Shown here one piece after another: positions 27,729 through 38,511 of a stretch of DNA of 64,000 nucleotides (position 1 is its first letter; the number at the start of each line of letters is the position of its first letter). The notes beneath the pieces were generated by a model that made no database searches, had not been told where the DNA came from, and was given only the letters and a program-made list of their open reading frames with translations. The stretch is from NCBI GenBank assembly GCA_041739995.1, contig JBGSMV010000029.1, positions 32,001-96,000 on the forward strand, in the 5' to 3' direction. Both the position numbers and the translations under genes were made by a program. This DNA comes from Bdellovibrionota bacterium. GTDB taxonomy: Bacteria; Bdellovibrionota_C; UBA2361; JBGSMV01.

Positions 27729-30700
27729 ATGATAGGTCCCTCAGAATCAGCGGCATCAGATGCCACGGATGGCTTGCTATCCTCCCAGGCTGCCGAATCC
27801 AAAGAGTTCTCTAAGTTCCCTGGGGAAGGTTCTCGGGTAACTGAAAGCGGCACTAGTGACGCATTGGACGCTCTTATAGCCCCTTCAAAGGGCGCGCTCG
27901 AAGCTCCGGCGTTACCTGGGAAAGTGCCTTTGGGGAAGGTCGCAGAGCACCTAGAGAAATTTATCAAAGAGGCACTTAAGGACTCTGACCATCAACCGCT
28001 GGGGGTGCTTGATGAATCCCTCAAGGAGCTTTCTAAGTTGCTCGGCTCAAGCGGAGAAGACGATGATATTCCCACAAAAGGTCTGAAAATTTCATATCGA
28101 CTGGGGCACCTATCTGAACTTAGTTCGGTCGACCGCCGGCGTTCAGTCAAAGCTCTGTGGGCCTGCGCGCTGAGTGGAAGTCGCCTGTCGCCGGAAATGC
28201 GAGCCGTGCTGTCCCGAATGCAGAATGTACTCGCACCTGACGAGAAAGAATCGCTGGCGAAGTGGCTCTATAACGTATCTAAGGGCGATGCTGAAGGAGA
28301 AAATGGAATCACTGCGGTGATTGGAGAAAGTGGACGTTTGCAAGCACGGAAGTTGTTGGAGATTGTATTGGAAGGGTGCAAAACGCTTACCGAATTACGA
28401 GCGGTAGTAGATGGAGTTGGAAAGCGAAATCTGATCGCGTTACGCGAACGTCCAATATCCGAGTTTGTGGCCGTTCGAGTTCTTGGATCTCGGATGCGCG
28501 AATGGCGCAAGTTCTCGATCACAGCTCCGATGCAAGCTCGTTCTATAAAGCGAGGAGGCTTTCTCAAAGAAAAAGCTCCGGCGCCAGTGGCGCAGCGCAG
28601 ACTCAAAAGTATTGCTGAAGAGCTCGATCTGAGAAGAAAAGCTCTTTCTGAGAACGGTCGCTTTGCGCGCTCTCAAGCCTACAAGAGCTACATGGCGATT
28701 CTAGACAAGAATGAACAGTACCTACGCAGTGAGCGTAGAAGGTGCAAAAGCACTAAAGACCGAGTTGCGCTAGCAAATTTACTTACGGCCACGATGGCGG
28801 TGGAGTTCAAGTATAATTTGAGACTTACTGTGGAGCGTGATGGAGCCGGCAAGCCTAAGTGTCGATGGACGGAAAGTTGGGTGCGCGACGTTGGGGCAGC
28901 TCTGGGCGGTCTTCCCGAGATGTTGATAATCGCTACACCGAAGCTCAGACAAGTGCGCCTAATCGAGGCATTCAAGGATGGTTCCTATGGGCAACGAAAG
29001 AGTAATGGTCTCGTAGAGCTTTCTTCCGACGCGGTGGGTGCGGAGTCACGCGATAAAATGGCGGGGCATGTGAGATTTGCGCGTTCCCTCATCACTCATG
29101 AAGTCGGTCACAGCATTTTTTATGGGAAGGCCGGCTGGGGGGGTGCGAAGTCAAAGGAGAATGTTGAAGAGCTCGGTCGTAAGAGCTCGCCGAAATTTGA
29201 TTTTCGAGGATTTCTTGAAATAGCAGGATGGAACGTGATCTCGCCGGACCGTTGGAAGCTCGATCAATCGCAAGAGTTGGTCACGGTGGATGGAGAACCT
29301 CAGCGCCTTATGAGACCTGTGCGCCTAAAGGGATCTAGTAGCGACGTGATTTTGTCTTATCAAGGTGAAGATCGCACTCTATATAGCTTTTCCAAACCTG
29401 AGGGGCTTCCGTCCAGTAGTTATGGTGCCGCGGATCCCTTTGAGGACCTTGCCGAAGGCTTTGTTGAATACCGCTATGCTCCGCATCGACTGATAAAAAT
29501 TGCGCCATGGAAATTTCTGTGGTTTGAAGGCGAATTGGGGCTCTACGAAGTCTCCTCAGGGAAAGACTCTAGTGTGCGAGAGGCTCTCTCAGTGAAACTT
29601 CCCGGTCTTTTCCCGCCCCGTCGGGATTTAGCGACGAAGCCGCTTGCCGAGCTTACCTTAGATCGTGTTTCCACTAGTGCCTCGGAGATCCAGTCTCTGG
29701 TTTTGCCCCGTCGAGATATCAAGGCTCTGCCAGTATCCGAAGCCCAGGTCGGGCATTTTTGCTGGAAGGTTTTTAGGGAGGGAGGCGAGATTGAGGCAAG
29801 ACTCACGTCGCCGATGGCTCCTCCTAGTTCGCGTGAAGGCAGCAGTGAAATCATAACGGTTCCAAACCTGCGCCTATCGGAAACCCAGACCATGACCCTG
29901 CTGTTGCTTGGTTTGCGCGGAGCCTCCCAGACTATCCCAGGAGATCCCATCCCCGAACATTCGAGAGTGTTGAACCTTTTGAATTGGGTAGAGGCGCGTA
30001 AAATTCCGTGGAGCTCCCCGTTAGCGGCGAACAAAGTTGAGCTCTCCGCCCATTTGCTAGAGATTATCGGAGATTCCGAGGGACGAGCGTTTTGGGATAG
30101 GCATCTTCGAAGCACTGAAGTGCTGCCGGGTATTATTTCTGTCCGTTGCGCGAATAGTGAGTTGCTTGCATCTGCCTTCTGTAGATTGCAAGAGCACTAT
30201 GAGGGGCCACATTTTCACGGAAAGGTATTCTCCTTAGACGAGTATAAGCAGTGGTATCGCAAGGAGGCCAAGGCCGGGGTCTTTTCCTACTATGAGGATT
30301 GGGGTGGTTTTAACGTACCCCGAGCAGCAGTACTGAGCTTTTTAGACGGGGAGTTCCCGAATCTTCGAGTAAGGGAAGAGAGTCTGTTGGCGAGGGCGAC
30401 GCAGAACAAAGATGCTTCTTACCTTATCGGTGTTCCGGAGGGTCAGGAGGAGCAGGAAACCTTCAATCACGAGCTAAGCCATGCGCTGTGGGCGACCAAT
30501 GAATCTTATCGCGAAGAAGCTGGTCGAATTGTTAAGGCTCTACCTTTGGAGAGTTTCCGTAGGTGGTTGATTGAGAGTGGATATTGCGATCAGGTGTTGG
30601 ATGACGAGTGCGCGGCCCACCTAGTGGATGAGGCGTCGCCGTTCTCGCACTTAACATCTGCTAGATGCGCTAATGTTTCGGCCAAAGATCGAAAGAGGGT

Positions 30701-30779
30701 GCGAGAAGGTCATCTGGAGATCGAGCAACTATTCTCGCGGTATTCTACGGGAGCCTGGGAGCGGCACGCTTCGATTTGA
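27729..30779 (+). CDS. Large hypothetical protein with two HExxH metallopeptidase-like domains
   Basis: THEVGH plus YG..DP.EDLAE.F; second FNHELSH in the C-terminal domain. Confidence 0.75.
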   Translation: MIGPSESAASDATDGLLSSQAAESKEFSKFPGEGSRVTESGTSDALDALIAPSKGALEAPALPGKVPLGKVAEHLEKFIKEALKDSDHQPLGVLDESLKELSKLLGSSGEDDDIPTKGLKISYRLGHLSELSSVDRRRSVKALWACALSGSRLSPEMRAVLSRMQNVLAPDEKESLAKWLYNVSKGDAEGENGITAVIGESGRLQARKLLEIVLEGCKTLTELRAVVDGVGKRNLIALRERPISEFVAVRVLGSRMREWRKFSITAPMQARSIKRGGFLKEKAPAPVAQRRLKSIAEELDLRRKALSENGRFARSQAYKSYMAILDKNEQYLRSERRRCKSTKDRVALANLLTATMAVEFKYNLRLTVERDGAGKPKCRWTESWVRDVGAALGGLPEMLIIATPKLRQVRLIEAFKDGSYGQRKSNGLVELSSDAVGAESRDKMAGHVRFARSLITHEVGHSIFYGKAGWGGAKSKENVEELGRKSSPKFDFRGFLEIAGWNVISPDRWKLDQSQELVTVDGEPQRLMRPVRLKGSSSDVILSYQGEDRTLYSFSKPEGLPSSSYGAADPFEDLAEGFVEYRYAPHRLIKIAPWKFLWFEGELGLYEVSSGKDSSVREALSVKLPGLFPPRRDLATKPLAELTLDRVSTSASEIQSLVLPRRDIKALPVSEAQVGHFCWKVFREGGEIEARLTSPMAPPSSREGSSEIITVPNLRLSETQTMTLLLLGLRGASQTIPGDPIPEHSRVLNLLNWVEARKIPWSSPLAANKVELSAHLLEIIGDSEGRAFWDRHLRSTEVLPGIISVRCANSELLASAFCRLQEHYEGPHFHGKVFSLDEYKQWYRKEAKAGVFSYYEDWGGFNVPRAAVLSFLDGEFPNLRVREESLLARATQNKDASYLIGVPEGQEEQETFNHELSHALWATNESYREEAGRIVKALPLESFRRWLIESGYCDQVLDDECAAHLVDEASPFSHLTSARCANVSAKDRKRVREGHLEIEQLFSRYSTGAWERHASI

Positions 30780-31124
30780 TTTATCGACCTAATACGAGCT
30801 GGAGAGTTCCGGACCGAAATACCTAGTCATTCTTGCAAATTCGAACCTACGAAAAGGGAGTGATTTGGGATGGGGGGTGCTGAACGTGCCTCGATCTGCG
30901 CGCCAGACTCCGGTGTCGCTCCCCCTTGCTTGTGGAGACTTTACTGTGAGAGACTTCGTAAGATATTGATCCCACGAGAGATCTAGCCACAGAGGCGCCT
31001 GCGCCCCTGGTTAATTTCCAAAGCGTGAATTCATTGTAGCCTGCTTTGGCGGTTTCTCTATTTGCCGAATTGAAAATTTCTTGTCGGCTAAAAAATTTGG
31101 AGGAGCGAACTAGCGCTCGAGAAT

Positions 31125-31922
31125 ATGAGCTCAATCATTCAGGCAGTACCGGATTTCTTTACCGAAACGATAGCATACCGGGAGTTCCTCAAGCAGTCAG
31201 TCCTAAGGGACTTGAGGACCAAGTATAAACGCAACGTGCTTGGCTACGTCTGGACGATGCTGCACCCGCTCGCCATGATGGCCATCCTCTCGGTCGTGTT
31301 CTCCCAGCTCTTGAGAGTGGGCATCAAGGATTATGCGATTTTCCTCTTCTGTGGACTTCTCCCCTGGAACTATTTTCAATCTACGGTGCTCATGTCCCTA
31401 GGGACGATACGAGCGAGTGCTCGTCTTTTTACTCAGGTGCCGGTACCTAAGTTCTTATTCGTCCTTTCTATTTCTTGCTCGAATTTGGTGAATCTGCTGT
31501 TTGCATTGGTCCCTCTTTTGATTTTGGCCTTTGTTTTTCAGCATGAACTTACCCCAGCTGTTTTTGCTTTCCCACTGATGCTCGTCCCGGTGTTCTTCTT
31601 CACCATGGGTGTGTCGCTTCTGGTGGCAACATTTAATATTTTCTTTAATGATACAAACCATCTGACCGAGGTGGGACTTTCCGCGATATATTTTCTTTCC
31701 CCGATTCTTTATGAGCGTTCGATGCTGCCTGAGAATTTGCAGTGGTGGCTTGATTTCAATCCGATGGTTGCTCAGATCGACCTATTTAGGGGCATTTTTT
31801 ATTCTGGGGTTCTGCCTGATCCTTGGACGTATTTGTTCGTGTTGGCACAATCCTTTGTAGTGCTTCTCATAGGACTGCTGTTCTTTCGTCGACTCGAAGA
31901 TAAGTTTTTATATTACGTATGA
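31125..31922 (+). CDS. wzm: Polysaccharide ABC exporter permease (Wzm/RfbA-type)
   Basis: RDL..KYK..VLG..W..L.PL, SPI.Y, NP motifs. Confidence 0.92.
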   Translation: MSSIIQAVPDFFTETIAYREFLKQSVLRDLRTKYKRNVLGYVWTMLHPLAMMAILSVVFSQLLRVGIKDYAIFLFCGLLPWNYFQSTVLMSLGTIRASARLFTQVPVPKFLFVLSISCSNLVNLLFALVPLLILAFVFQHELTPAVFAFPLMLVPVFFFTMGVSLLVATFNIFFNDTNHLTEVGLSAIYFLSPILYERSMLPENLQWWLDFNPMVAQIDLFRGIFYSGVLPDPWTYLFVLAQSFVVLLIGLLFFRRLEDKFLYYV

Positions 31923-33643
31923 AAGATAAACATTCGCGTCGAATTATATTGCCCGAAGGGCGCACTGCCGAGTCTGCTTACGAGGTAGACCCCGGAATCT
32001 GGGAGATTGAAGGTCCCAAGGGAGAGGTTCCTGCAATCGAGCTCAGCGGGGTGACGGTTCGGTATCGTTCCTATTTGGAGCGACATTCCTCGCTTAAGGA
32101 AGCAACGCTTAAATTGCTCAAAGGGCAGGCGCCTGAGAGCTACGAATATTTCGAAGCGCTTTCTAAGATTTCGCTCTCGATTCCGCGTGGAGCTGTTTTG
32201 GGAGTGCTTGGTAGCAACGGTTCTGGAAAAAGCACCTTACTCAAAGTTCTCGCGGGCGTGCTGAAACCTTCTCGAGGTTCGGTCACAGTTCGTGGTTCTA
32301 TCGCGTCATTGATTGAGCTTGGAGTGGCATTTGATCCTGAGTTAAATGCGATTGAAAATCTGTATCTCCATGGCGCTTTGCATAAGAAGAGTCAGTCCGA
32401 GATCGCAGCGCGCCTTGAGCATATTCTTGACTTCGCTGAACTCAAGGATATGGCTACGAAGCCAATCAAATACTATTCGTCTGGCATGATAGCGCGTCTC
32501 GGATTTAGCGCGGCGGTAGATGTGGATCCGGACGTCTTGTTAATCGATGAGATTCTTGGGGTAGGAGACGAGCGTTTTCAACGAAAATGCTCCAAGGTAT
32601 TTGATCGGTTTTTTGCAGCTCGTAAGACCGTTATAGTGGTAAGTCATTCAATGGAAATGATTGCCTCGATAGCCACGCATGCCGCTGTGATTTCCAAAGG
32701 GGAACTTCTATACGTCGGAGATCCGGATACGGCAATTTCGATGTATCGAGATGAGTCGTACGAGACTGCCCTCGTGGCCCAGGAAGTGGCAAAGAGCAGT
32801 GCGCGGAAGAGAACAACGCTAAAGGCTGATCGTTTTTCGATTCTTGGAAAACCACTTTCAAACTACAAGATCAACATTGTCACCGAGCCTGCTCCTGGAT
32901 GGGTGCTTCGTCGCATTTCTGAGGCGTTTGCGGAGGAAATGGAGGGTGCGGCTTCCGTGTCCACTGAGCCAGACCCGACCGCTGACGTGAATTTCTACGT
33001 GAATTATGCGCTATTCAAAGAACCAACGAATTGCGATGTGGGGTTCTTCACCCACCGAGAGCCTGGTCCTCCATGGAGCGAAGCGTTCGATCAGGCCGCT
33101 GCACGAATGACTTTTTGTGTGTCAATGTGTGAGCGAACTACTGAGCTTTTACCGAAGGAGAGAACCGGCGTCGTGCTGGTAGCGCCAGACCGCCAATTCA
33201 TGCGCGGCAAGCTCACCTTAGGTGTGGTTGCCAGAGAGTATGAGAGTGGTCGCAAGCGATTTGAATGGGTGGATGAGCTTCGCACTATTCCGGGAGTGGA
33301 GGTGCAAATTTCAGGCGGCCGTTTTAAGTGGGACGACATGCCTGCTTTCTACGACTCGATTGACTACCTGCTTGTGCTTGGGGGAAATGAAGGCGGACCT
33401 GTCCCATTGGTCGAGGCGCTCGCAATGGGGGTCCCAGTAATTGCTCCTGATGTGGGCTTTGTTCCGGAGTACACCACTCTCAGATATACTGAACTTTCCG
33501 ATCTTAAGGAGTTGGTGAAGCGTCTGGTGGTGTCATCAGAATCTCAAGTCCAATCGACAGAAAAACTTGTGCAGTGTTTTGAGCGTGCGATTCAGTTGGC
33601 GCGCGCCAATCAGTCGCAGAGTTCGCAGTCCGCACTTGGTTAG
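31919..33643 (+). CDS. wzt: Polysaccharide ABC exporter ATPase (Wzt) fused to a C-terminal GT-B glycosyltransferase-like domain
   Basis: GSNGSGKST, YSSGM.ARL.F, IDEILGVGD..F; C-terminal EGGPVPLVEALAMGVPVIA.DVG. Confidence 0.88.
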   Translation: MKDKHSRRIILPEGRTAESAYEVDPGIWEIEGPKGEVPAIELSGVTVRYRSYLERHSSLKEATLKLLKGQAPESYEYFEALSKISLSIPRGAVLGVLGSNGSGKSTLLKVLAGVLKPSRGSVTVRGSIASLIELGVAFDPELNAIENLYLHGALHKKSQSEIAARLEHILDFAELKDMATKPIKYYSSGMIARLGFSAAVDVDPDVLLIDEILGVGDERFQRKCSKVFDRFFAARKTVIVVSHSMEMIASIATHAAVISKGELLYVGDPDTAISMYRDESYETALVAQEVAKSSARKRTTLKADRFSILGKPLSNYKINIVTEPAPGWVLRRISEAFAEEMEGAASVSTEPDPTADVNFYVNYALFKEPTNCDVGFFTHREPGPPWSEAFDQAAARMTFCVSMCERTTELLPKERTGVVLVAPDRQFMRGKLTLGVVAREYESGRKRFEWVDELRTIPGVEVQISGGRFKWDDMPAFYDSIDYLLVLGGNEGGPVPLVEALAMGVPVIAPDVGFVPEYTTLRYTELSDLKELVKRLVVSSESQVQSTEKLVQCFERAIQLARANQSQSSQSALG

Positions 33644-33672
33644 TATTTCCATGCCTTTCGTGGGAGGAGTGA

Positions 33673-34395
33673 GTGGGAGCGTTCTGGGAGATTTTTTCGC
33701 GAGGCGCACCGCATCGAACCGGCACGACCCCATTAGGCTCAGACGTATGTTTCTATACGGCGCTATATGGGGACCGGGATATTCGACTTAATCCTGGCTG
33801 GGCAGAATTGGGCGTGCCCTTGGTCTATTTCTCTGATCGAGAAATGGCGGCGCCGGCGAATGCGACATGGCGACGGTGTCCTGCGTTGTACCCCGACAGT
33901 AATCGTTCGGCGAAATTCTTTAAGTTGATGCCACATCTGTGCATCGCTGATTTCCAGAGTTCGGTGTGGTTTGACGCCAATATCGTCCCGAAGATTGATC
34001 ATGTTCGACAATGGATCGAGAAGCGAGAAGTTTTTGCGAAATTCGCACTCTTTGGACATCCTGAACGTAGTTGTGTGTTCGAGGAAGGTAAGACCTGTGC
34101 AGAGCTGGGCCGCGATGACTCTCAGGTTATTGAGAGACAGATGGAACATTACAGGGAGCAAGGGGTCAAACCTGGCACAGGCTTGTATGCCGGAGGATTT
34201 CTGTTTCGTAGGCACCTTGATGCAATGGTCATGAGAATGAACTGTGAATGGTGGAGCGAGGTAGGTCAGTTCAGTAAGCGCGATCAGCTAAGTTTGCCGG
34301 TGATATTGCAGCGCACCGGGATTCAGCCCCAAGTCATTCCTGGTTCATATTGGAATAATGAACTGTTTGTGTACGGCCCTCATTCCGGACAGTAG
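33673..34395 (+). CDS. DUF616-type glycosyltransferase
   Basis: YTA.YG, K.FK.MPH, SVW.DAN, HP.R.C..EE, RDQLS motifs. Confidence 0.85.
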   Translation: MGAFWEIFSRGAPHRTGTTPLGSDVCFYTALYGDRDIRLNPGWAELGVPLVYFSDREMAAPANATWRRCPALYPDSNRSAKFFKLMPHLCIADFQSSVWFDANIVPKIDHVRQWIEKREVFAKFALFGHPERSCVFEEGKTCAELGRDDSQVIERQMEHYREQGVKPGTGLYAGGFLFRRHLDAMVMRMNCEWWSEVGQFSKRDQLSLPVILQRTGIQPQVIPGSYWNNELFVYGPHSGQ

Positions 34396-34405
34396 AGAAG
34401 CTTCT

Positions 34406-35497
34406 TCACTGCGGTGATTCGGCACCTGAAATAAGCAGCAATCCAATCGATCCCATTATAATATTTGCGACCCAAGCAGAGAGAACGGGGGGCAGAAGTT
34501 CGGCCTTGCCCATGGCCATACTAAATGAGTGCACCACGTAGTAGGTAAAACCAATGGCTAAGCCTGCAAGTACGCTGCTTGCCATGGAACCAGATCGAGC
34601 AGGTCGGAGCGAGAAGGGGATGACAATCAGGCCGATGATGAAGTTAATCAGCGGGAACGCAAATTTTTCCGAGAGCGATGGCATATAATCAGAGACATCA
34701 ATGCCGTTTTTCCGCTGCTGACGAATAAAGCGGCGAAGCTGAGCGATTGTCATTGTATTTGGCTCGGTTCTCACTTCATAGAAATCTGAGGGAGCGTCAC
34801 GAATGGGCAGCGGAAGGCTTGCGAACTTGGACACTCGATATTGACCCTCTTTATCAAAGTACCGTTCGGAGACGTCGAGCATGCTCCATCCCAGTTGGGA
34901 ATTAATCCAGCGTGCGGCGGCGGCGTTGGTCCTGCTTCTGGCGGTAAACTCTGGAGAAAGTTCATACATGGACAATCCGACGAGTTCATTGGAGCGCGAA
35001 TCGAAGGTGTCGACCGAGAAAAGGCGTTCCTGATCTCGCCACCAAAACTCGCTTTGGCTGTAGCCCCCTCGTTTATCTTTTTGACGAATATCAATGTTGT
35101 AGATCTCTCGTGAGCGCCGCTCGCTGAGCGGAACAATCATCTCGCTTATCACAAATGAGATACCACTAACCGCAATTCCGCAGAGAAGGATCGGTTGGGC
35201 GATTGAGAAGACCGTCAATCCTGACGCTCGCATGGCGGTAATCTCTGAGCTTTTCGAAAGAAGCCCAAGAGTGAGCAGTATTGAAACCATCATTGCGATA
35301 GGGAACATGAGCGTGAGGATTGTTGGAACTTTGAACAAGAAGTACTGAGCAGTGAGCCAGAGAGTCGCCCCCTCTGCAAGAATGTTGTCGATGCGCTCAA
35401 AGAAGTCGAAGACAAGAAACAGAAAGATGAAGACAAGCAGTGCAATACCGAGGTTGCGGAGCAATTGTTTTCCAATGTAGCGATGAAGGCGCTTCAT
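34406..35497 (-). CDS. lptG: LPS export ABC permease LptG
   Basis: L.RYI, SEITAMRASG, LPP.L.AW..N; paired with lptF. Confidence 0.9.
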   Translation of the reverse strand: MKRLHRYIGKQLLRNLGIALLVFIFLFLVFDFFERIDNILAEGATLWLTAQYFLFKVPTILTLMFPIAMMVSILLTLGLLSKSSEITAMRASGLTVFSIAQPILLCGIAVSGISFVISEMIVPLSERRSREIYNIDIRQKDKRGGYSQSEFWWRDQERLFSVDTFDSRSNELVGLSMYELSPEFTARSRTNAAAARWINSQLGWSMLDVSERYFDKEGQYRVSKFASLPLPIRDAPSDFYEVRTEPNTMTIAQLRRFIRQQRKNGIDVSDYMPSLSEKFAFPLINFIIGLIVIPFSLRPARSGSMASSVLAGLAIGFTYYVVHSFSMAMGKAELLPPVLSAWVANIIMGSIGLLLISGAESPQ

Positions 35498-36852
35498 GCC
35501 GTTTTCCTAGATTTGAAGAGAGACACAATCCCCTGGCCAAAGCGAATGGCGCGCTCGTGGAGCGCGGCGGAGACTGAGTGCCAGCTTTCCGTTGCAGTTT
35601 TATAGGTCGTAAGGGTGGCGAGGGCGACCACGCAGAGGTTAGGGATCCAAAGGGCTAGCCACGTTGGAATAACTCCGGACTGAGCCAATACCAGGCCGAC
35701 CGAAAAGAGGCCGTAGTAGAGTACGAACACGAGTAAACCGAGCACGGCAGAAAGTCCCGCACCCCAGGTGCGATGGGCTCGCGGTGGTTGAACTCCGAGG
35801 GGCATCGCAAGAAGCGCTAATGCGAGAGAGGCAAATGGCAGAGAGAAACGTTGCCCAAGTTCAATCTGAGAGCGAAGAATTCGTCGAGAAATCTGCTCCC
35901 GGGTAGTTCGCTCGACAAAGACGCTATTAGGAACTGGAAGGGGATAATCCTCAGGTTTCAAGATTCCAGGCTCGATGACTGCAACGGAGTCCTCGGTGGA
36001 TTCGGACGCGGCTATTTCTTCCTTACTTGGTAGTAGCGATGCGGTATTAGTGAGCGGTCCACCGAGATAGGCCAGACGTTCTCGCAATTCTGAGACGCTG
36101 AGTTCGGAGACGGAACGACCTTTCTGATGTTCTTGTTCGAAGAGTTCATTGGGATCTATAGAGAGACGTATCTCCTTTGATTTCCAGGGAGGGGAGATTT
36201 TTCCGCTTTGTTCATGAATCTCGGCATCGCGCAGGATAAATTCAATAGTGCGGTGGACTTCATCGGAGCGAATTGCTCCGGTGCGAGCAAGAAAGACTCG
36301 GCGCGTTTCAGCGTCACGTCGGTCGTCCACCATCACGCGGGTGAGATTCCCCGTGAGGTTGTCGATGGCCTCGGCGTAGAGAGTGATGTCTCCGAGTTTG
36401 TTGAATATTCCTGGTTCAAGCCCAGAGGTGCTTTTGCTGCGAGCTATTTCGAACAAAGTACGCGACAGTTCGCGAAAGCCCCATGGTTTTAGTTCAAGAG
36501 AGACGATAAGTCCGAGGCAAGCAATCGCAAATCCAAAAACAAAGGTGGGAAAGGTAAGCTGTCCGATGCTGATTCCACTGGCGCGCATGACGACAATTTC
36601 TGAATCTCCTGACAGTCGACCAAACGCTAACATCACGCCGAGGAGTGTCGCGAGCGGAGTAGCGATTTCAAGGAAGGTGGGGATGATCGCTAAGAAGACC
36701 GCTCCGATCTGGGAGAGTTCGACGCCCTTATCGACTACCAGCGAGGCAAAGCGCAGCATCCGCAAGGTAAGGAGAATGCCGGTGAATGCGAATAGGCATA
36801 GCGCAAAGAACAGAAGGCATTCTTTCCAGAGGTATCGATCAAGAGTTTTCAC
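35494..36852 (-). CDS. lptF: LPS export ABC permease LptF
   Basis: TLDRYL, GRLSGDSEI.VMRASG, W.PN; probable GTG start at 36852. Confidence 0.9.
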   Translation of the reverse strand: MKTLDRYLWKECLLFFALCLFAFTGILLTLRMLRFASLVVDKGVELSQIGAVFLAIIPTFLEIATPLATLLGVMLAFGRLSGDSEIVVMRASGISIGQLTFPTFVFGFAIACLGLIVSLELKPWGFRELSRTLFEIARSKSTSGLEPGIFNKLGDITLYAEAIDNLTGNLTRVMVDDRRDAETRRVFLARTGAIRSDEVHRTIEFILRDAEIHEQSGKISPPWKSKEIRLSIDPNELFEQEHQKGRSVSELSVSELRERLAYLGGPLTNTASLLPSKEEIAASESTEDSVAVIEPGILKPEDYPLPVPNSVFVERTTREQISRRILRSQIELGQRFSLPFASLALALLAMPLGVQPPRAHRTWGAGLSAVLGLLVFVLYYGLFSVGLVLAQSGVIPTWLALWIPNLCVVALATLTTYKTATESWHSVSAALHERAIRFGQGIVSLFKSRKTA

Positions 36853-37315
36853 GTACAGAAGACTAGCGTACCGCTCTGTGGCGCAACAGCCAGGGAGAGG
36901 GGGCTCGTTGACCACACTCTGGAGGGTGGCGCTTCACCAAGCGCCACCGTGGATTTTAACGAATGCATTTTCCGCCCCATAAGGGAGGTCAGCGAGAGGG
37001 GTGTCATGCTACCGAGGAAACATCCCTGTACCTTGTTTCAACAATGAAGGAAGAGACAGGAGTGTGGTCTATGCGATGGTGGAAACGTTCTCCGTGAGAC
37101 TCCAGACATAGGTCGAGGATGCGAAGTCGGGGCTTTCTAGACACAATCTACGGAAATAATTGTAGGGTCTCGGCTCAGGAGAGAATCGGGCGCAGGTCGT
37201 CGGCTGCCCTGGAGGGCGCACATGACGAGCCGACACCTCTCGTTGTGGTGGTGAGAAAGGCGGTGGTGAGAAAGTAGAAAATCGCAGGTTTGGAGAACGA
37301 GGAGAATTTGGAGAA

Positions 37316-37771
37316 CTACGAGAAGAGGAATGGATTCTTCTTCTGGCGAGCCTCTTCCTTGCGAGCCTTCTTAATCGAGTCCTTCTCTTTGCGCTTCTTA
37401 CGCTCAGACGGTTTCTCGTAATATCGGCGTGATTTGAGTTCTTTGAAGAGCCCTTCTTTGATGAGCTTGCGCTTAAGAACCTTCATCGCTTTTTCGATGT
37501 TGTTCTCTACGTAGACTTCCATGGCCTGTGGCTTTGGTCGATCGTCTCGGTCGCGATTAAATCCGCCCCGATCTCCGTATGGACGATCCCCTCTATCTCC
37601 GCGATCTGATCCGCCGCGACCACCATACGCGCCGTTTCCGTTCACTCGCACCGCGCCAGTTGCACTACCGCCAGCGGGAGCTCCTGCTCCACCCGATGAA
37701 GAAGCTGGTTCTCCATCTCTAGAAGACGTTCTCTTGGGGGTCCCTTCTGCGTTTTCGCTTCCACTAATCAT
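37316..37771 (-). CDS. rpsU: 30S ribosomal protein S21 with long N-terminal low-complexity extension
   Basis: NIEKA.K.LKRK..KEG…ELK.RRYYEKPSE.KKRK core; extension in frame upstream of internal Met 37522. Confidence 0.92.
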   Translation of the reverse strand: MISGSENAEGTPKRTSSRDGEPASSSGGAGAPAGGSATGAVRVNGNGAYGGRGGSDRGDRGDRPYGDRGGFNRDRDDRPKPQAMEVYVENNIEKAMKVLKRKLIKEGLFKELKSRRYYEKPSERKKRKEKDSIKKARKEEARQKKNPFLFS

Positions 37772-38511
37772 TCAGAGTTACTCAATTAGCAAATAACAGT
37801 TAATCAAAAGTGAACCGCTTTACGCGCGGTCCACACATCAAACCAAAAACAGACAAAGCCACCAGAGACTATACCGCCACCATCTCGACCGTTGTTCAGA
37901 TCGAACTTAAGGGACGTTTCTAAGGCATACAGCTTGCGACACGTTCTTACCCTGGCCAAGACATGCTTGCAATGCGTAGCGCCAATTCCTGACCTTGCCT
38001 TCCTGAACATGTCGATGAGCGGGGCTCACCGAAAAGCCGCCTCACGTCTTCACTAAGCACACAAAATCGAGCACAGCTAAGCTATAGGAAGCGCTCAGAG
38101 CCTTCATGGGTGCAGACGAACCGCTACCATGACGAACTGCTGCCAAATATACCGTGCCAAGTATACCACAACTTACTAATCTCGTTCCAAGCAGCAAAAC
38201 ACTACAGGGAAAAGAGCGTGGTATAATTAAGCTCGCGACCCATAACTTCTGCGCTACCAAAGCCACGGATCGTCGCAGGCTTATAGCAAAAAGACTTGGA
38301 AAAGCGAAGCATTAGCAGCTAATTTCAGTATCTTTTCGACATCCTTGTCTCACAGACTTTGGGGGCGGGTCGAAGCGCTTCCGGTGCCGCCCCTCGTAGC
38401 TACGAGACACTTCGGGCGACCCGTCGCGACCCGTCGTCTCAGGGAACTTGGAGAGCAGCAGCATGGTCGACAAGCTCGTTGTATCTATGCAGATATACAG
38501 AACTTTTGAGA

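Noticed and set aside
37772..38511. Long intergenic region upstream of rpsU as an ncRNA or riboswitch
   Set aside because: I could not identify any recognisable RNA family motif or convincing long stem; needs an Rfam scan.
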